DNA of 64,000 bases, taken from assembly GCA_035084275.1 (NCBI GenBank), contig CM068759.1:2294001-2358000 (forward strand), in the 5' to 3' direction. The notes under the pieces are model-generated. The model was given only the letters and a program-made list of their open reading frames with translations. It was not told the DNA's origin and searched no databases. The position numbers and the translations under genes are program-made. This document shows, in pieces, positions 23,243 through 36,099 of the stretch (position 1 is the first letter of the stretch; every line of letters begins with the position of its first letter). Origin of the DNA: Hydrolagus colliei. Taxonomy: Eukaryota.

Positions 23243-24624
23243 ATAGTCCGCAGAGATAACATCACAGACACCTTAAATGTCAGGCTGCTGCTACCCACTG
23301 AAAAGCCTTGGCATTATCGTCAGGTCTGTAATCTCAAAAGAGGCCCTTTTTGTTTTGTTTTTTAAAAGAAGAAACACACGTTTTACACTGTTCTCTGCAC
23401 ACTGTTGGTTGCAGAATCAGATGATGTTTAAGCCTGAGCGGTTTTGATGCAGGAAAGTCACACTTTTGCAGACCGGTCTGAATGGGCGAGCGAGATTGAC
23501 TCATCTCTCTTGATGTGGTGGCAACGTAATTGGTGATATGTCTGATTGCGTGGACACGGAGCCTCGCTGTGTTACTTTCAAAAATTATTTTTTCTCCTGC
23601 AAACTCAAGTGCACTTTTTACATACCACAACAATGGTAATTATTTCTGCAGGGCTAATGCAAATCACCCATCAGGTTCCATGGGTGAACAAATTTACAAT
23701 TCGGTGCCCTTAGATCCGAATTTCCAGGATTGATGGCTATGTATAATTTTTTTCTGCCCACAGAAAATCAATTTGGCATTTCTTTCTGAATGCAGTTAGA
23801 GCTGATGTTAAATGGACAGGTTTTCACTGTACCAGTACAGTAACTTCCGGTTGATTGCTGACCTTAAAGTGAATCATTCGTCGCCCGTGAAAACCTGCCT
23901 TGCAATGCATCCCTGACATAAGATACTTACTCACCACACACTTGTCATTGTGAAACCAGCAAAGGATCCCAGATCCACATTGTACAGCTGCACTACAGCT
24001 GTCGCTAGTGTTTTTTCCCATTTACTTTGCCCGTAGAATCCCAGGTGGTGGCAGCAACATGGGAACCACGGGCCTTGTGCAAATACATGCAATTGCTCCC
24101 TCCCTCCCTCCCTCCCTCCCAAATGCTTTGAGACAACTTGAAGACGTGATAAAGAGCGATATCAGTGACAAGGATTATTATTTGTGCTCACCTCCAGGGG
24201 TGGGAATAAAGACTAAACCAGGGGAGGTGATAATAACTAGTACAGGAGATGAGATTTGGCTGATAGCCCTATCTCTGTCGTCAGGGTTACCTTCGGCGAT
24301 GGTTCTAAAAACTGAATGAGAAATTATTAGGGAGAAAAATTTGTTGGTACTCTCAGAATATTCCTTCCTGCACCATGATTTTGCCATGGAAAAACAACGC
24401 AAACACTTGTCTCCAGTCTCGTTTACCTGATGTCAAACTGCGAAAAGCCCTCTATGTACAACTTGCTCTCATTTCATGATGTGGAAACCACATCACGGGT
24501 GGGGAGGGCAGTTTAGATATCTTCAGTTGTACCGAAACCCTTCTAGGTTACACCCGTTTGTTTCCTGTTCACAATGTCATTCTAATTTACAAACTGAGCA
24601 GGATTTGAAAGTAGGTCTTTTTCT

Positions 24625-24845
24625 CGCCCTCAAAATACAGTCATTACATTTTACAATATATCCTACGAAGTGCTTTGCGACATCTCAAAGGCATGATGAG
24701 AATAATAATAATAATAATCCTTGCATTCGATACACGGCCTTATCACATCTTCGAGACGTCTCAAAGAGCTTCACAAAATATACTGTAAAGTGAATTGACT
24801 GTATATTTTGTGGGCGATACAGTGCTTTATCAAATGTAAAGATGA
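24625..24845. mobile_element. Nested SINE 3' fragments (- copy 24701-24817 inside a + copy)
   Basis: The + tail breaks at gcatgatgag (24700) and resumes at gtgctttatcaaatgtaaaga (24822); an inverted tail lies between. Confidence 0.8.
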
Positions 24846-24981
24846 CTCCATTAATATTTAATGGAAACTAAACCTCTCTCCGATGAAAGTGTTTTTTTTC
24901 TCTCTCTTTCCCCTCCCCAGTGACTGAAGCTATTGAAATGTATACCCTGATTTCTCTCTTCCTTTTGCTCTGGCTTCTCAG

Positions 24982-25104
24982 ATTTTGTTTTCTAACCTCG
25001 AAGACATACTTGACGTGCACAAGGAGTTCCTGTCGGGTCTGGAGAGCTGTTTACAACCGGAGCCACAGCCTCAGCACGAACTTGGAAACATCTTCCTCCA
25101 GTTT
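24982..25104 (+). CDS. PREX1: PREX1 exon 3 (DH): [16 protein letters not shown]...[10 protein letters not shown]
   Basis: ctcag|ATT...TTT|gtgagt; 123 nt; LFSNxEDI DH motif. Confidence 0.96.
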
Positions 25105-25273
25105 GTGAGTGCAATGACTTCATGCTGTATTCTTGCTCTTTTCCTCAGCCTGCTTCCCATCACATGATGTTTGGTCTTTCAAATCTGGCAGCACTTTACG
25201 CTCCAGATTTCCTCCACTGCTAGCCACATCTCCCATGGTAACCTGCAAAGCCAAAGGTCTACAAATCCTACAG

Positions 25274-25304
<31 letters not shown>

Positions 25305-25305
25305 C
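25274..25305. repeat. (TA)n(GA)n compound microsatellite
   Basis: Direct reading. Confidence 0.9.
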
Positions 25306-26718
25306 AGAAAATAAAGTCATGTGTCCAGATTCAGTGTCTGTCCAGATTTCTGCAGTACCTATCGCTTAAACTTCGCGAAACGCTCACATTGCCGAACCGA
25401 ACCCAGCAATTTGTTTAGAAGCACATTTTGTTTTTTCTCGCCCTCTTTTCTTTTGCAATAAAAAAGGAAGTGGTGCATTGTCTCCTTCCTTAATTTGTCC
25501 TTCCCTTTGTTCCGAAGAGCAATGATTCATGCTTGGGTTGGCTCCAACTGCTTCTGGCAGCCTTTTGGGAAACCCTCAGGTTATCCATAAAGTGTAGGTG
25601 GTGTGTGGACGATTACGATCGTGTAAACCGTCCTTAATTGGTATTTTGGGGGCAAAAGCCGGCAGATCAAAAGCAGGAACCCTCATTTGAGGTCTCTTGC
25701 ACCCTGAACGTTTCCAACCGTAACCGCACATAGAGAAAGTAACTTGCCAAGATAGGATCATCCTATCTGTGGGGCCTTTGGTTTCAAGTCTCAGGTGCAA
25801 TCCGAGTTGCTTCGCTGTGCCTTTTTGATGACATTTTTACATGTGGTGGTTTACTGACTTCAGTCCGGTAAATCCTATCGGGATTTAACATCGGGATTCA
25901 AAGTCTTGGATTCTTAGCGTTTAAATTGGGGAACACGTTTTGTTTTAACGGGAGTGTAGTTTCACAAAGCATTTGCTTTATCTGGTACTGGAAGCTGAGC
26001 TGATCACTTGGACAACCAGGAACAGTCGTCACCACAATGCAGATTTGGTGGCTATGTTGGATTTACTCAACTGGGTCTTAATGTAACTGAGACTCAGATA
26101 ATGTGACGTTAGAAGCTGGTTTTCATTTCAGCCTCTCTTCCGCCTCCCCATCGCCATCGGCTACGTTAGTGATGGATCAGTGAGCCCTGGATTTCTCTCT
26201 CGCCTCTGACACTGCGACTGTGACTCTGTCATCGGGAGATTTGCTTCCCTTAGGGTGGGGGGGGGGAACCGTTATCAGGGCACAAAAACAAACACACCTC
26301 TTGTGCGAGCTAGATGAGACGCATTAAATAAAACTGCTTGTTTGCCTAACCAACACCCTATGCCTGTGCTGTGCTTCATCAATCTTTATGAACTTCCCAC
26401 TGATCAGTGTGATAAGGTTCTACACCACTGCTCTCATCCTCTCCCTTAAAAGTAACGTTTTTAAGTGTTTATATACTGCGAATTTTGATGTTTCTGAGCA
26501 CTCAGAAAAACTGGCATCTGTGCAAATGGGATGAATCAACTGTTGTTGCCGCGCTCTCTTAACAGTCAATGGCTCGCTCCATTGACCTTGGCTTTATCTT
26601 ACTCTAGATGGTCTTACACCCTATGGTTTATCTACTAGCATTTACCTAGAGAATAGCAGAAGCACCTTAAAGACACTTGAATATTAAGGAAGTAGTGTTA
26701 AATTAATTTTATTTTTTA

Positions 26719-27315
26719 AAAAAACCTTGGTTAGACCGCATTTGGAGCACTGTGTGCGTGTCTGGTTACCATGGTACATACAGCAAGGTTATTGTAGCGG
26801 TGGAGAGAGAGAGTACAGTGTGGATTTACCAGGATATTCCCAGAGACACGGCTGTCGACAAAGACTATGATGGGTTGGGGGCATTTTGTTTTGCCTTGGC
26901 AGATGAGCAGTTTGACTGGTGACTTGATGGAGGTGTTTAAAAACTCTGGCAGAGTCTGATTGCGTGACACTAATCGACCGTTTCCACTTGCTGCTGGGTC
27001 CATAACAAGGAAGCTTATCTATAAGATATCCACAAGCAGAGCTAACAGGGAGTTTAGGAGGAACTTATTTTAGCCCAAAGGTGGGGTGGGAGGGGGGGTG
27101 GGGGGGTACAAATGTGGAACTCACTGTGGGATGGAAGCTGTGGTTCAAGCAGAAAACATCAGAGAATGTAAGTGGAAACTGGATGCATACATGACCTAGA
27201 AGCGAATAAAGGGTAGAGAGGTGATTAGGAAGAGTGGAGGCTCATACTGTACAAGCACCGGCGTGGATTACAGTGGTCTGACTGACCTGTTTTGGTGCTA
27301 AACTGTCTATGTAAT
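26719..27315 (+). mobile_element. CR1-clade LINE 3' fragment (RT C-terminal region + UTR)
   Basis: aaaaccttggttagaccgcatttggagcactgt encodes KTLVRPHLEHC (CR1 LVRPHLEYC motif); later ggtgacttgatggaggtgtttaaa (GDLxEVFK) and a tail-like cctgttt..gtgct..tctatg. Confidence 0.85.
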
Positions 27316-27317
27316 TC

Positions 27318-27450
27318 CGCCGTGCACAATTGGCTTCCCGCATTTCACCCACAAAATATGCAGTCAATTCACTTGACAGTAAATTTAGTGATGAGACGTC
27401 GATAAGATATGAAAAGCACTATGTCAAAGATTATTATTATATTATGATTA
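27318..27450 (+). mobile_element. tRNA-SINE 3' fragment
   Basis: gtgcacaattggct...cagtcaattcac...gattattattat. Confidence 0.8.
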
Positions 27451-27964
27451 TAAGGATGCTTTTTGTTATTCCATGGTCTCACTCATATCATTAAAATACC
27501 CTAAAACTCTGGCGCTGCTTTTGCTGTCGTTCCCGACAATTCCACTGGTGAAATTGCCGCCAACTAAGGATAGTTTAATCATCATGGGATTAGCTTGTAT
27601 TTTTATTTTTGTAACTCACTGCTGTTTGTCATGTTATAAGAATATAAATCCATGTTGCAAATATAGTGGTAGGTCAGAGACTGAATTGTAGCCAGCAGTG
27701 TATTTCCAGCATGGCCAGTTAGTGGTGAGGCTGGATTACTTGCATCGGCGTTCATAGTTCTTTAGATTTACACTCTTAAGAGGAGATTTTTAAACATAAA
27801 ATGTTATGAAGTGTTTGGGTGGGGCAGTACTTGCCTTGAATATGCACATAATCCAACGGAGAGAGGTTGAAGATGCTTTGAGACGCAGCAGGAATAAAAC
27901 ATCCACATAATTTATAGTGGTTTTGATGATACGGTTAGTCGGATTACAGAATTTTAATTTAAAT

Positions 27965-28055
27965 CGCCCACAAAATATACAGTCCATTTTACAGTAGATC
28001 CTGTGAAGCGCATTGAGAGGTCTCGATGATATGATGAGGCAAATGCAAGGATTGT
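27965..28055 (+). mobile_element. tRNA-SINE 3' fragment
   Basis: cgcccacaaaatatacagtc...tgtgaagcgcattgag...aaatgcaaggatt. Confidence 0.75.
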
Positions 28056-29561
28056 TTTTGTTGTATAAAGGAAATAGGAAATGGCAAGCCATCGATCGAA
28101 ACCTTTACGATGCTCATAAGGACTGTGTATTACACGTGGAAGCGTGAGGTTCTGCAGCTGCCTCGGTCGTGGAAATAAATTGTCATTTTTAATGGCTCGA
28201 CGTCTCTTATCAGGTGATGGTTTTTTGAAGACTGTTGGAATATCAAAGGGATCATTTGAAATGACTTGAGTCAGGAAATTAGAGAGCGGGAGAGCGCCCG
28301 TCTCTGAAAGCCCCCCGTCTCTCTGTTTATGCATTCTTTTTGAATGTGCAATGTGCATGTGATACATCGGCTAGACCAAACCCGTGATGAGTTCTATTTA
28401 TGGAAAATTTATTTTGATTCCAGAACTTCTTCCTTGGATAATCAAACTAACCACTGTCCATAATTTGTTTTTTGTGTGGGTGGGGGGTGGTGGTGTGGGG
28501 GGGGGGGGGGCAAGACATTTTTTTGAATGGAGATTTGTTGAAAAACAATTACCCAAATTTAGGAAGGATTGGCTGGGTGTTAGAATTTCATACTTTGAAT
28601 CCTTTTAAATGTTTTGGAAAAACGGTGAAGTTGATTAGTACACATGTGTTGGTGTTTATTAACCAACCAATTAGTATTATTATTTATTATTATTATTATT
28701 CAAACCAATCAACACTGCAGCAGGACACCTAATATAATGTATGTATTTGGATGATTAGAAAAACACTGTATTCCCTAGTTTTCCATTTTTCTAAAAAAAG
28801 GAAATAATTGATAAATTCCTCCTCAACCCAACAATACTGAGTAGCACGATCTCTTCCTCTTTGGGGGAGGATATATCTCTGACCACACAACATCGTTAAC
28901 TGTGGAAAAGGTGGAGGAATCTGCAAAGTACTGTTTTCTGAGGGAACCATGCTGTGTAATTGCAGTTGTAACAGATGGAAAACACGATGATGACTTAAAA
29001 ATGTCAGTTTTGTGCGATTTGTAGCACTTTTGCTCTGAGTCAGAATGATGTGGCTTCTTCAAATCAACACCAGAACTGAGCCACATAGTACAGTTGACAT
29101 TCCAACGCAGTGCTTTAGGGATGAGATTTCAATCTGGAAAATTGCGTTTGAAGGGCAATGCGTTATCACATGGATTTGAAGCTCTCTGACGTTCTGTATC
29201 ACTTTGCCACCTTCTGTCCTCGACCAAATGTCTTGACACAGTTCGCCACATTTATCGGGAAACTGTCGACAAAACACGGACGATCAATATCAAAACGGGA
29301 GAAACGTGAATGCCACATCACAAGACATGTTGTGTGACGGTGTGTCTGCATTTCTGCGGTCCTGATGTGTATCAACGGCGGATTGCAATGACGGTCGAAG
29401 AATCCTACTTTCCCTTAACGTGTTTCACAATGTAATCCGCTCTGGTATAAACTGTAGTCTTGTAAACCCATCCCGCAAAGTGAAGGCTATTTGAAATTGT
29501 TGCACGCATGCAAATTCTGTGATGACGTAATTTTTTTCCCCCTCCGCACTTGTGATTGTAG

Positions 29562-29666
29562 AAAGACCGATTCTGTGTCTATCAAGAATATTGCAGCAAT
29601 CATGAAAAGGCTCTGAGACTCCTAATGGAATTGAACAAAATACCCGAAGTTCGAGCCATGCTTCTG
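29562..29666 (+). CDS. PREX1: PREX1 exon 4 (DH): [35 protein letters not shown]
   Basis: tgtag|AAA...CTG|gtaagc; 105 nt; YCSNH motif. Confidence 0.97.
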
Positions 29667-30073
29667 GTAAGCAAGAATGTGTGTGAAAGTACTCTTGAAC
29701 GACTGAAACTGCCCTGCCTAACACAAGTATGCTCACTTCAATGCACCAAAGCATCAAGTGTTCATTAAACCTCACAGGTCACCTCACGTCTCTAATAATC
29801 TTATCAGTTATTTGAGAAATAAATTGATGCTGGCTCCTCAGTGGATATAACCGATGGCTGAATATCCAGTGGATGTGGTTTCATTTCCAGTCCATGTAAA
29901 GCTGGCTGCATCTTGAGCTTATTTAACTAGAAGTGATGTGATATTCTGACCAAATATCGATCACGGATGAGGCCACCTTTGGAATATTATACAGTATTCA
30001 TCTAAAGGGCATCAAAAGGACAAGTTGGATGAGTTTTTTAAAAAATCTTCTCAACTGTCTAATAATACTAGGC

Positions 30074-30146
30074 TCCCTGACCGTCTAGCGCCTTGGGACA
30101 TCCTCCTGACATGAAAGGCGCTATACAAATGCAATTTGTTGTTGTC
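30074..30146 (+). mobile_element. Solo L2 tail ending ~30 nt before exon 5
   Basis: tagcgccttgggacatcctcctgacatgaaaggcgctatacaaatgcaatttgttgttg. Confidence 0.85.
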
Positions 30147-30177
30147 ACTGTCTAACACTGTCTTCTCTTTTGTTTAG

Positions 30178-30279
30178 AACTGTATGGTTCTCGGAGGAAT
30201 GAAAACCACTGATATTCCCTTAGAAGGCTACTTGCTAACCCCAATACAGAGAATCTGTAAATATCCTCTGCTTCTTAAG
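30178..30279 (+). CDS. PREX1: PREX1 exon 5 (DH): [34 protein letters not shown]
   Basis: tttag|AAC...AAG|gtaatt; 102 nt; [14 protein letters not shown] conserved motif. Confidence 0.97.
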
Positions 30280-30943
30280 GTAATTATAATTGTGTGGGGG
30301 CTGGCATAGTGCTATAGCAAATACTTCAAATTTGTTCGAGATGAACTGGCGGATTTCATCTTCAGGTCTCCGGTAGAATGGAAGTTTTCTCTGTTCTTGA
30401 AATGTTGTTGTGATTGTGAAGATACTTTAATTTATAATTACAGGTGTGTGAAGTGTGAAAGTCAAATTGTTTTAAGTGCAGTATTTTACTGTGATGTTAC
30501 ATAATGTAAGGTCTCCTCTTACATTACAAACTATTCTAATCGCCATGGAATCAGAGATTGCAAACGTTCAATTTCTTTCAAGACCTTCTTGTGAAGTTCT
30601 AAAGCTGTCTTCTGGCTGGTCAGAAATATTACCTTCAAGGTTAGGGATGGATGAAGTGAAAACTTTGAGAATATAGATTAGAACTCAAATCTCTTGATTC
30701 CTTGTTAATGACACCAACTGTTAGTGATTGTGTAAAAAAAATTGTAGCAAGTACAGTACTTCAATATTTCTTGATCAGTTTCACCTTTTTGGCTATAGTA
30801 TTCTACTGAACGCTGTACCCCACATTTAAATGATTTTCACCTCACAGCCTCTGTTGCATTATAAAATCAATTCATCTGAGTGCTCATACATCATTCATAG
30901 GATCTATTTGCCTGTTATATTGGAAAAACACATCATCCATGTG

Positions 30944-30990
30944 TCAATCAATCAATCAATTAATCAATCAGTCAGTCAGTCAGTCAGTCA
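30944..30990. repeat. (TCAA)n(TCAG)n compound tetranucleotide repeat
   Basis: Direct reading. Confidence 0.9.
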
Positions 30991-33730
30991 CAGATAGTCT
31001 AGGCATCCTGGCTTCTCTCTCTCTCTCTCCTCTCTCAGCAAAGAGATCTTTGAGTTGCGTGACGGAATAATGCCTCTGTTTGTAATATCTTGCCTCCGTT
31101 ATCTATTATTGATGGATCCTTTAAATCTAAATGGGAAGCATTCTTTTTTTTAACTTGCGGGCTCACAACTTCTGTTTTTCCTTTATTCCCCCGCCCATAC
31201 TCCCCCCTCCACCCCACCCACCAAAAAGGATGTTTCTGTAATATAATTTGAACGCACTCAACTATTTTGATTTTCTACGCTGCCTTGTGTAAGATACGTC
31301 TGGCTACTCAATGAGGCGCTATATCAAACGCAAGGATTATTATTATTAAAATGCAACCCCACGACTTCGCACAGTTTCTATTGCGCCAAATCTTGAGCAA
31401 TGAGATTTGTTTTGCGATCTGGAATTGTTTTTAAACAGCGGCTTCAAGATATCGTTGTGATCCACAGGACACCCAATCCCCGCAAATATGTGCACAATTG
31501 CAAATCATTGCTCACCCACTCTCCAGCCCCGAAAGGTTTGCACTGTCGGGCATCAACGAACCGTTCCGCCACGGATCAACTAATTGGATGTCTTTCTTGG
31601 CAGTGGGATCCAAACACAAATGCACAAGCTGCTCGCCGAAGCAGCAACAAGCAAAAATAAACCACGGTAACCTGAGGTTCCACTCTGTGGTGGGTTGGCA
31701 CACGAGACAAAGGAATTCGACTGATCCTTCCTTACGATTCCTGTTTATGTTGTTTTAAGAGATTTCCTTATCAGTGCTCCGAGCTTCTCCAAAGAAAGAT
31801 CGGCCACATTAACTGGGGGGAACGTTGCTGGTGCTTTTGAAATTCTTGTTTGTTTTGGTTGGGATTGATACTTTGTCACCGCTAATTCCACTTAAACGAT
31901 TTTGGTTTCTGATTTGAGTGGTATTCACACTGACTGATGCTAAGAATACTGTCCTCCTCACCTTTTAATGAGTCTAGACAGGCCAAAGTACTGATTAATC
32001 TCTTGATCCGTTTTCTATCTTGGGTTGTACATTTCCACTATTCATTTTGCACCTTTTTAAAAGAAAATTGTTCTTAGCTGACTTGAATTATCACGGGGAC
32101 AAGGGTAATCTGGGGGTTGAAATCAAGGTTATGCCGTTGAGTGATCTGATCGGAATCCCACCTTGTGAAAGCTGAGAAGTTTTCCTGTGGATTTAGAAAA
32201 TAGATTTTCATTTTGTCTTTGGAGAAAAGCAACTTGGTACATTGGAATTTCATGCCCACGAAAAAAATATGTTTTATGGGGAATGTAGGTGATTAACGCA
32301 GATGCTGTTCAGTGTTGAGCAAGGTAACCTCCAATGATTGAGAACATCCTTTCCTCGTCCTTTGAAGACATATCTGTGACACATAAAATCTGGACTTTAT
32401 TAGAGTTCATTCCTTCTGTAGCAATGAGAGGAATTTGATGGAAAATATTTCCGGAATTGGGGTCTGTTGACAAACCATGGCCATTCATTATCTATCAAAA
32501 AAATTGTACGTGCACTTTTACTTCCTGGCCTTGTATATCTGTCTGGGGGTTTTGGTTGAATCCTCGGGAGCTGTTTTTCATGAATTTGTGATTTAGAGCT
32601 GGCTGGTGCCGTAAACACATGTTGTGTTAATTTGTTCAAGACGGGCTTGGTTTCTGGATTGACACTTACTGCACAAGTTGTGACTCCGGTGACACGTGGC
32701 CTGGTGAGCCATACTTCACTTTAGTGAACTGAACTTGCTCGCCTTGAGCTCCAGTGAAGTATAATTTCGCCCAGATAAGGAATGATATCAAATGCAAGGA
32801 TTAGTATTATTATTATTACTGTTATTATTATTATAATTGACCCATTCTGCAATATCAAGAGTACAATTGTAGTAAAGGAGCTTCGTAGATGGATTAAGCC
32901 AGATGTTTGAGACGAGCTTTTATGTTTCCTGGCTTTCGATGCCTGAAGATTTGAGCCTAATCATGAAAATCAAAGCTCACGTACATGTGCCTCTCACCAC
33001 ATGCATGTGTTTAGGCCTTTCAGTCCGTTGGGCAAGTTCCCAAATCTCGTTAAAGCTGTCGGAAAGTTGCTCCCATGATAAGAAGTGCAATCGGAGGACA
33101 ATTCCTGAAGCCTGGGGCTGCACATTATCCCTGTTTGAGAGCACTTTGGGCTGAATGTTGTGTTACACAGTGCAACAAGTGGAAGGAAGCTGGAATTCAA
33201 ACGATCCACTACATACTGTTGTGATCTCCTGCACTAAATCACCTTCATCAATCTTTTGTCATTGTAATTTTAAAAAGAAACTCCTTTGAGAATGTTTTTT
33301 CACCAGCCTAAAGGCAATGATAAAAGTGCTTGCTTTGGTGAAATCATTAGCATGATGGTTATCACACTACTTTCTGTTACCTGATATTAGTGATGGCTGA
33401 TTTGTGGTATTTGCAAACTACTGTGTGTCCCCCTCAATTAGAGCGCAAATGGTAAATAATCCCAAGGAAACTGCTCTCTTCATAGAAACAGAAGGCTGAC
33501 TTTTAAGTATAATTGCTACCAAAATGTCTATTCCTCCCCTTTATTTAAACCACTACCACCATCATTGCTTTCATCTGTCAGAAGCGTTTCCATATTGGTA
33601 AATACTTTTATTCAGCCTTGTAGCAAACAGAACCTTTTCTCAATCTTTCCCTTCAATGGAATATTTGACGACTGAATTAGTACATGAGCAGACAGTCCTG
33701 TTAAATTCCTGTTAAGAGAGGTTAACAGAG

Positions 33731-33790
33731 GTGGGACGTCCTCCCGACGTGAAAAGCGCTCTATAATTGTAATTTTGTTGTTGTTGTTAA
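33731..33790 (+). mobile_element. Solo L2 tail
   Basis: gggacgtcctcccgacgtgaaaagcgctctataattgtaattttgttgttgttgtt. Confidence 0.8.
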
Positions 33791-35169
33791 TAGACCTGAA
33801 GGGAAGGGTTCAAATGCTTTCGCAAGTACATCCACTGTGATTATTTTGGAACAGAGTAAACAGTTTTGTCCGTGTGAGCTCATGCCCAATGCTGCTACTC
33901 CACACTGTAGCAAACCCAGTTGCGGTCTCAATTTCATGGGCTGAATCATAAGGGAGTCTGGTGTGGGATGACGGGGTTTTTATCCCTTTGATGTGATGCG
34001 GTCTGGAGTCGGATCAGCACTGCGCAAACGAGCCTTGCATAACGGCCACTTAAAAGGAAAACCATGACAATTGTTCCGAGTTTTGTTCCGTCGACCTTTG
34101 CGTTTTGTCGGAACAGCCCAAATAAGTGCACATGTTTGTGGCTTGTTGTGTATTCTAGCTGACTGCCGCAATCCCACATTCGTGCCTCGAGAAAGAGAAT
34201 GCAAACGTGTGTTCGGAGGGTATCTGAAATATTCCAAACATCGTAGTGGAGCGATTCGCCTGATAGATCATCTTATTTCCGTTGCTTAATGACGGCATCC
34301 TGTCAAACACTTCGCCTCGAGTGTCCCCAAGTTAGATGGTGCATTCACGGATATTGTCTGGTGGGTGGGGAGAGGGAGGGGAGGAGTGAGGGTGAAGAAT
34401 TATGAATGCAGTCCAAAGTTTAGAGAGATCGTCACAGTCAAATGGAGTTCAACTGACATGAAAAGAGAAGGGACTTCCACTTGATTGTCTCAGGACTGTG
34501 ATCTGAAGCCCCGTTGTGATTGTCACAGCTATGGCACTTTGCGTAGAGTTGTGAAATAGACCCACTTCACATTCACTCTTGCACGTCACTTGAACTCCTT
34601 TGAAAACTTTATGCTCAAACGGAGACCTGGAGAGTCTGAATCAACTGGTCAACCCGCTGTGAGGTAGCATTTGATGAGGCATTCTGGCATTTCCCCAAAC
34701 AAGGCAGTGGGTGGGTAAACGTATGTGTATGGTGGGGGGGGGCGGGTGGACCAAGCATCTGTTATGCCACTTAACCGATCACTTAATTGATCCTACTGAC
34801 CACAGATCCACCAACACATCAAAGAACACACATTGTTAAAGGACCTGTGATGACTGTAATCTCTGGGGACTCGAGTGCGCTAACCTTCACAGAACAGCAC
34901 ACTTGCCTGCAGATGCTTCATAGCATGTAGCTGGAAGTATTGATTCCAGAAGGCTGGCCTGTGCTGGGGATCTGAGAAGGGTTTATTAGCCTCTTTTACA
35001 ACTCACCTTTCACGAGAATAACTACTGTAAGAACATCTGGTTCTTACATTTTCAGTGTTTCCTCATTCTTCCACGTGCGCCCAACAGAAAAACAAGCACA
35101 AGGTGACCCTGTCAGAGCACTCCCCAATAGGTTCACTGTGAACTGTCAATAGCAAGTACTCTCAGTTGG

Positions 35170-35515
35170 CTCGGGTATTCTGCGCATCCTATTGTTCCCT
35201 CTACTCCACGGTTGGCGGCCATGCTTTTGGCCATAATGCCCTGAATCTCTGGAACTCCTTGCTGCAATCCCTCTGTCTCGCCCGCCTTCTTTAACCCTTC
35301 TTCAAATCACACCTGAAGACTTTCTTCTTTGACCGTGACTTTGGTCACCTCCTCTCCCTTTCCAGTGTTAATACCACGCTACTCTTAAGCGCTCTGAGAT
35401 GCCTCCCGCGTGAGAGGGGTTGCATAAATGCAAGTTGTTGTTTCAACCAGCGCCTTGGGACGACCTCTCAACGTGAAAGGCGCTCTACAAAAGTAATGTT
35501 GTTGTTGTTGTTATT
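35170..35515 (+). mobile_element. L2 3' end (second type) followed directly by a solo tail of the first type (35447-35515)
   Basis: ttggcggccatgcttttgg (GGxAF), ctctggaactcc (LWNS), then two tails in tandem. Confidence 0.85.
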
Positions 35516-36099
35516 GAGTGGACTCGATATGCCTCAAACATCACTTGAAAGTATATTTGTTGGTCGGTAAAGGCGGATTTAATATGAATGTAGAGGGTTT
35601 GAAAAGATGTATATAGCTATAATTCCCTCTTGATCATTTGGTTTTGTGCCTTGCTCAATGGAATTCTGCATGATGCACACTGCTCTGACTCTTTGAGTCG
35701 TGCAAAAGTTCTACTTTTAACATGTTTCAACTGTTGTGTGGTTTCCAAAAGATTTCTATGAATGTTCCACTGTGGGGAAAGAAGTACTAAATATTCATTT
35801 GTGCACGTGTCTTGAGGGACGGCTCATTCCTTCACAAGGACAAATGCCAAAAATGTGGGTAAATGCAAAAATATGAGGTTTTGTTCCAACTAAACTACTG
35901 GGGAATTCTCGTAACGTGTAATTTGGTTTGTGTTTTATCTCTCAATCCGGTTTTGCATATGTTTGGTTTTAACAAAATAAACATTTTGTTATGCGTTAAC
36001 TCCACAAAATGTGTGGTATGAGGGTGATTATGCAACAGGACCATTTGATGAATGGACGCAATCTTTTTTAGTTCATAGCTGATTAATTTCCTTTCCCAG

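Noticed and set aside
24921-24939. 19-nt microexon using the GT at 24940
   Set aside because: The donor is poor and the following intron would be only ~42 nt.
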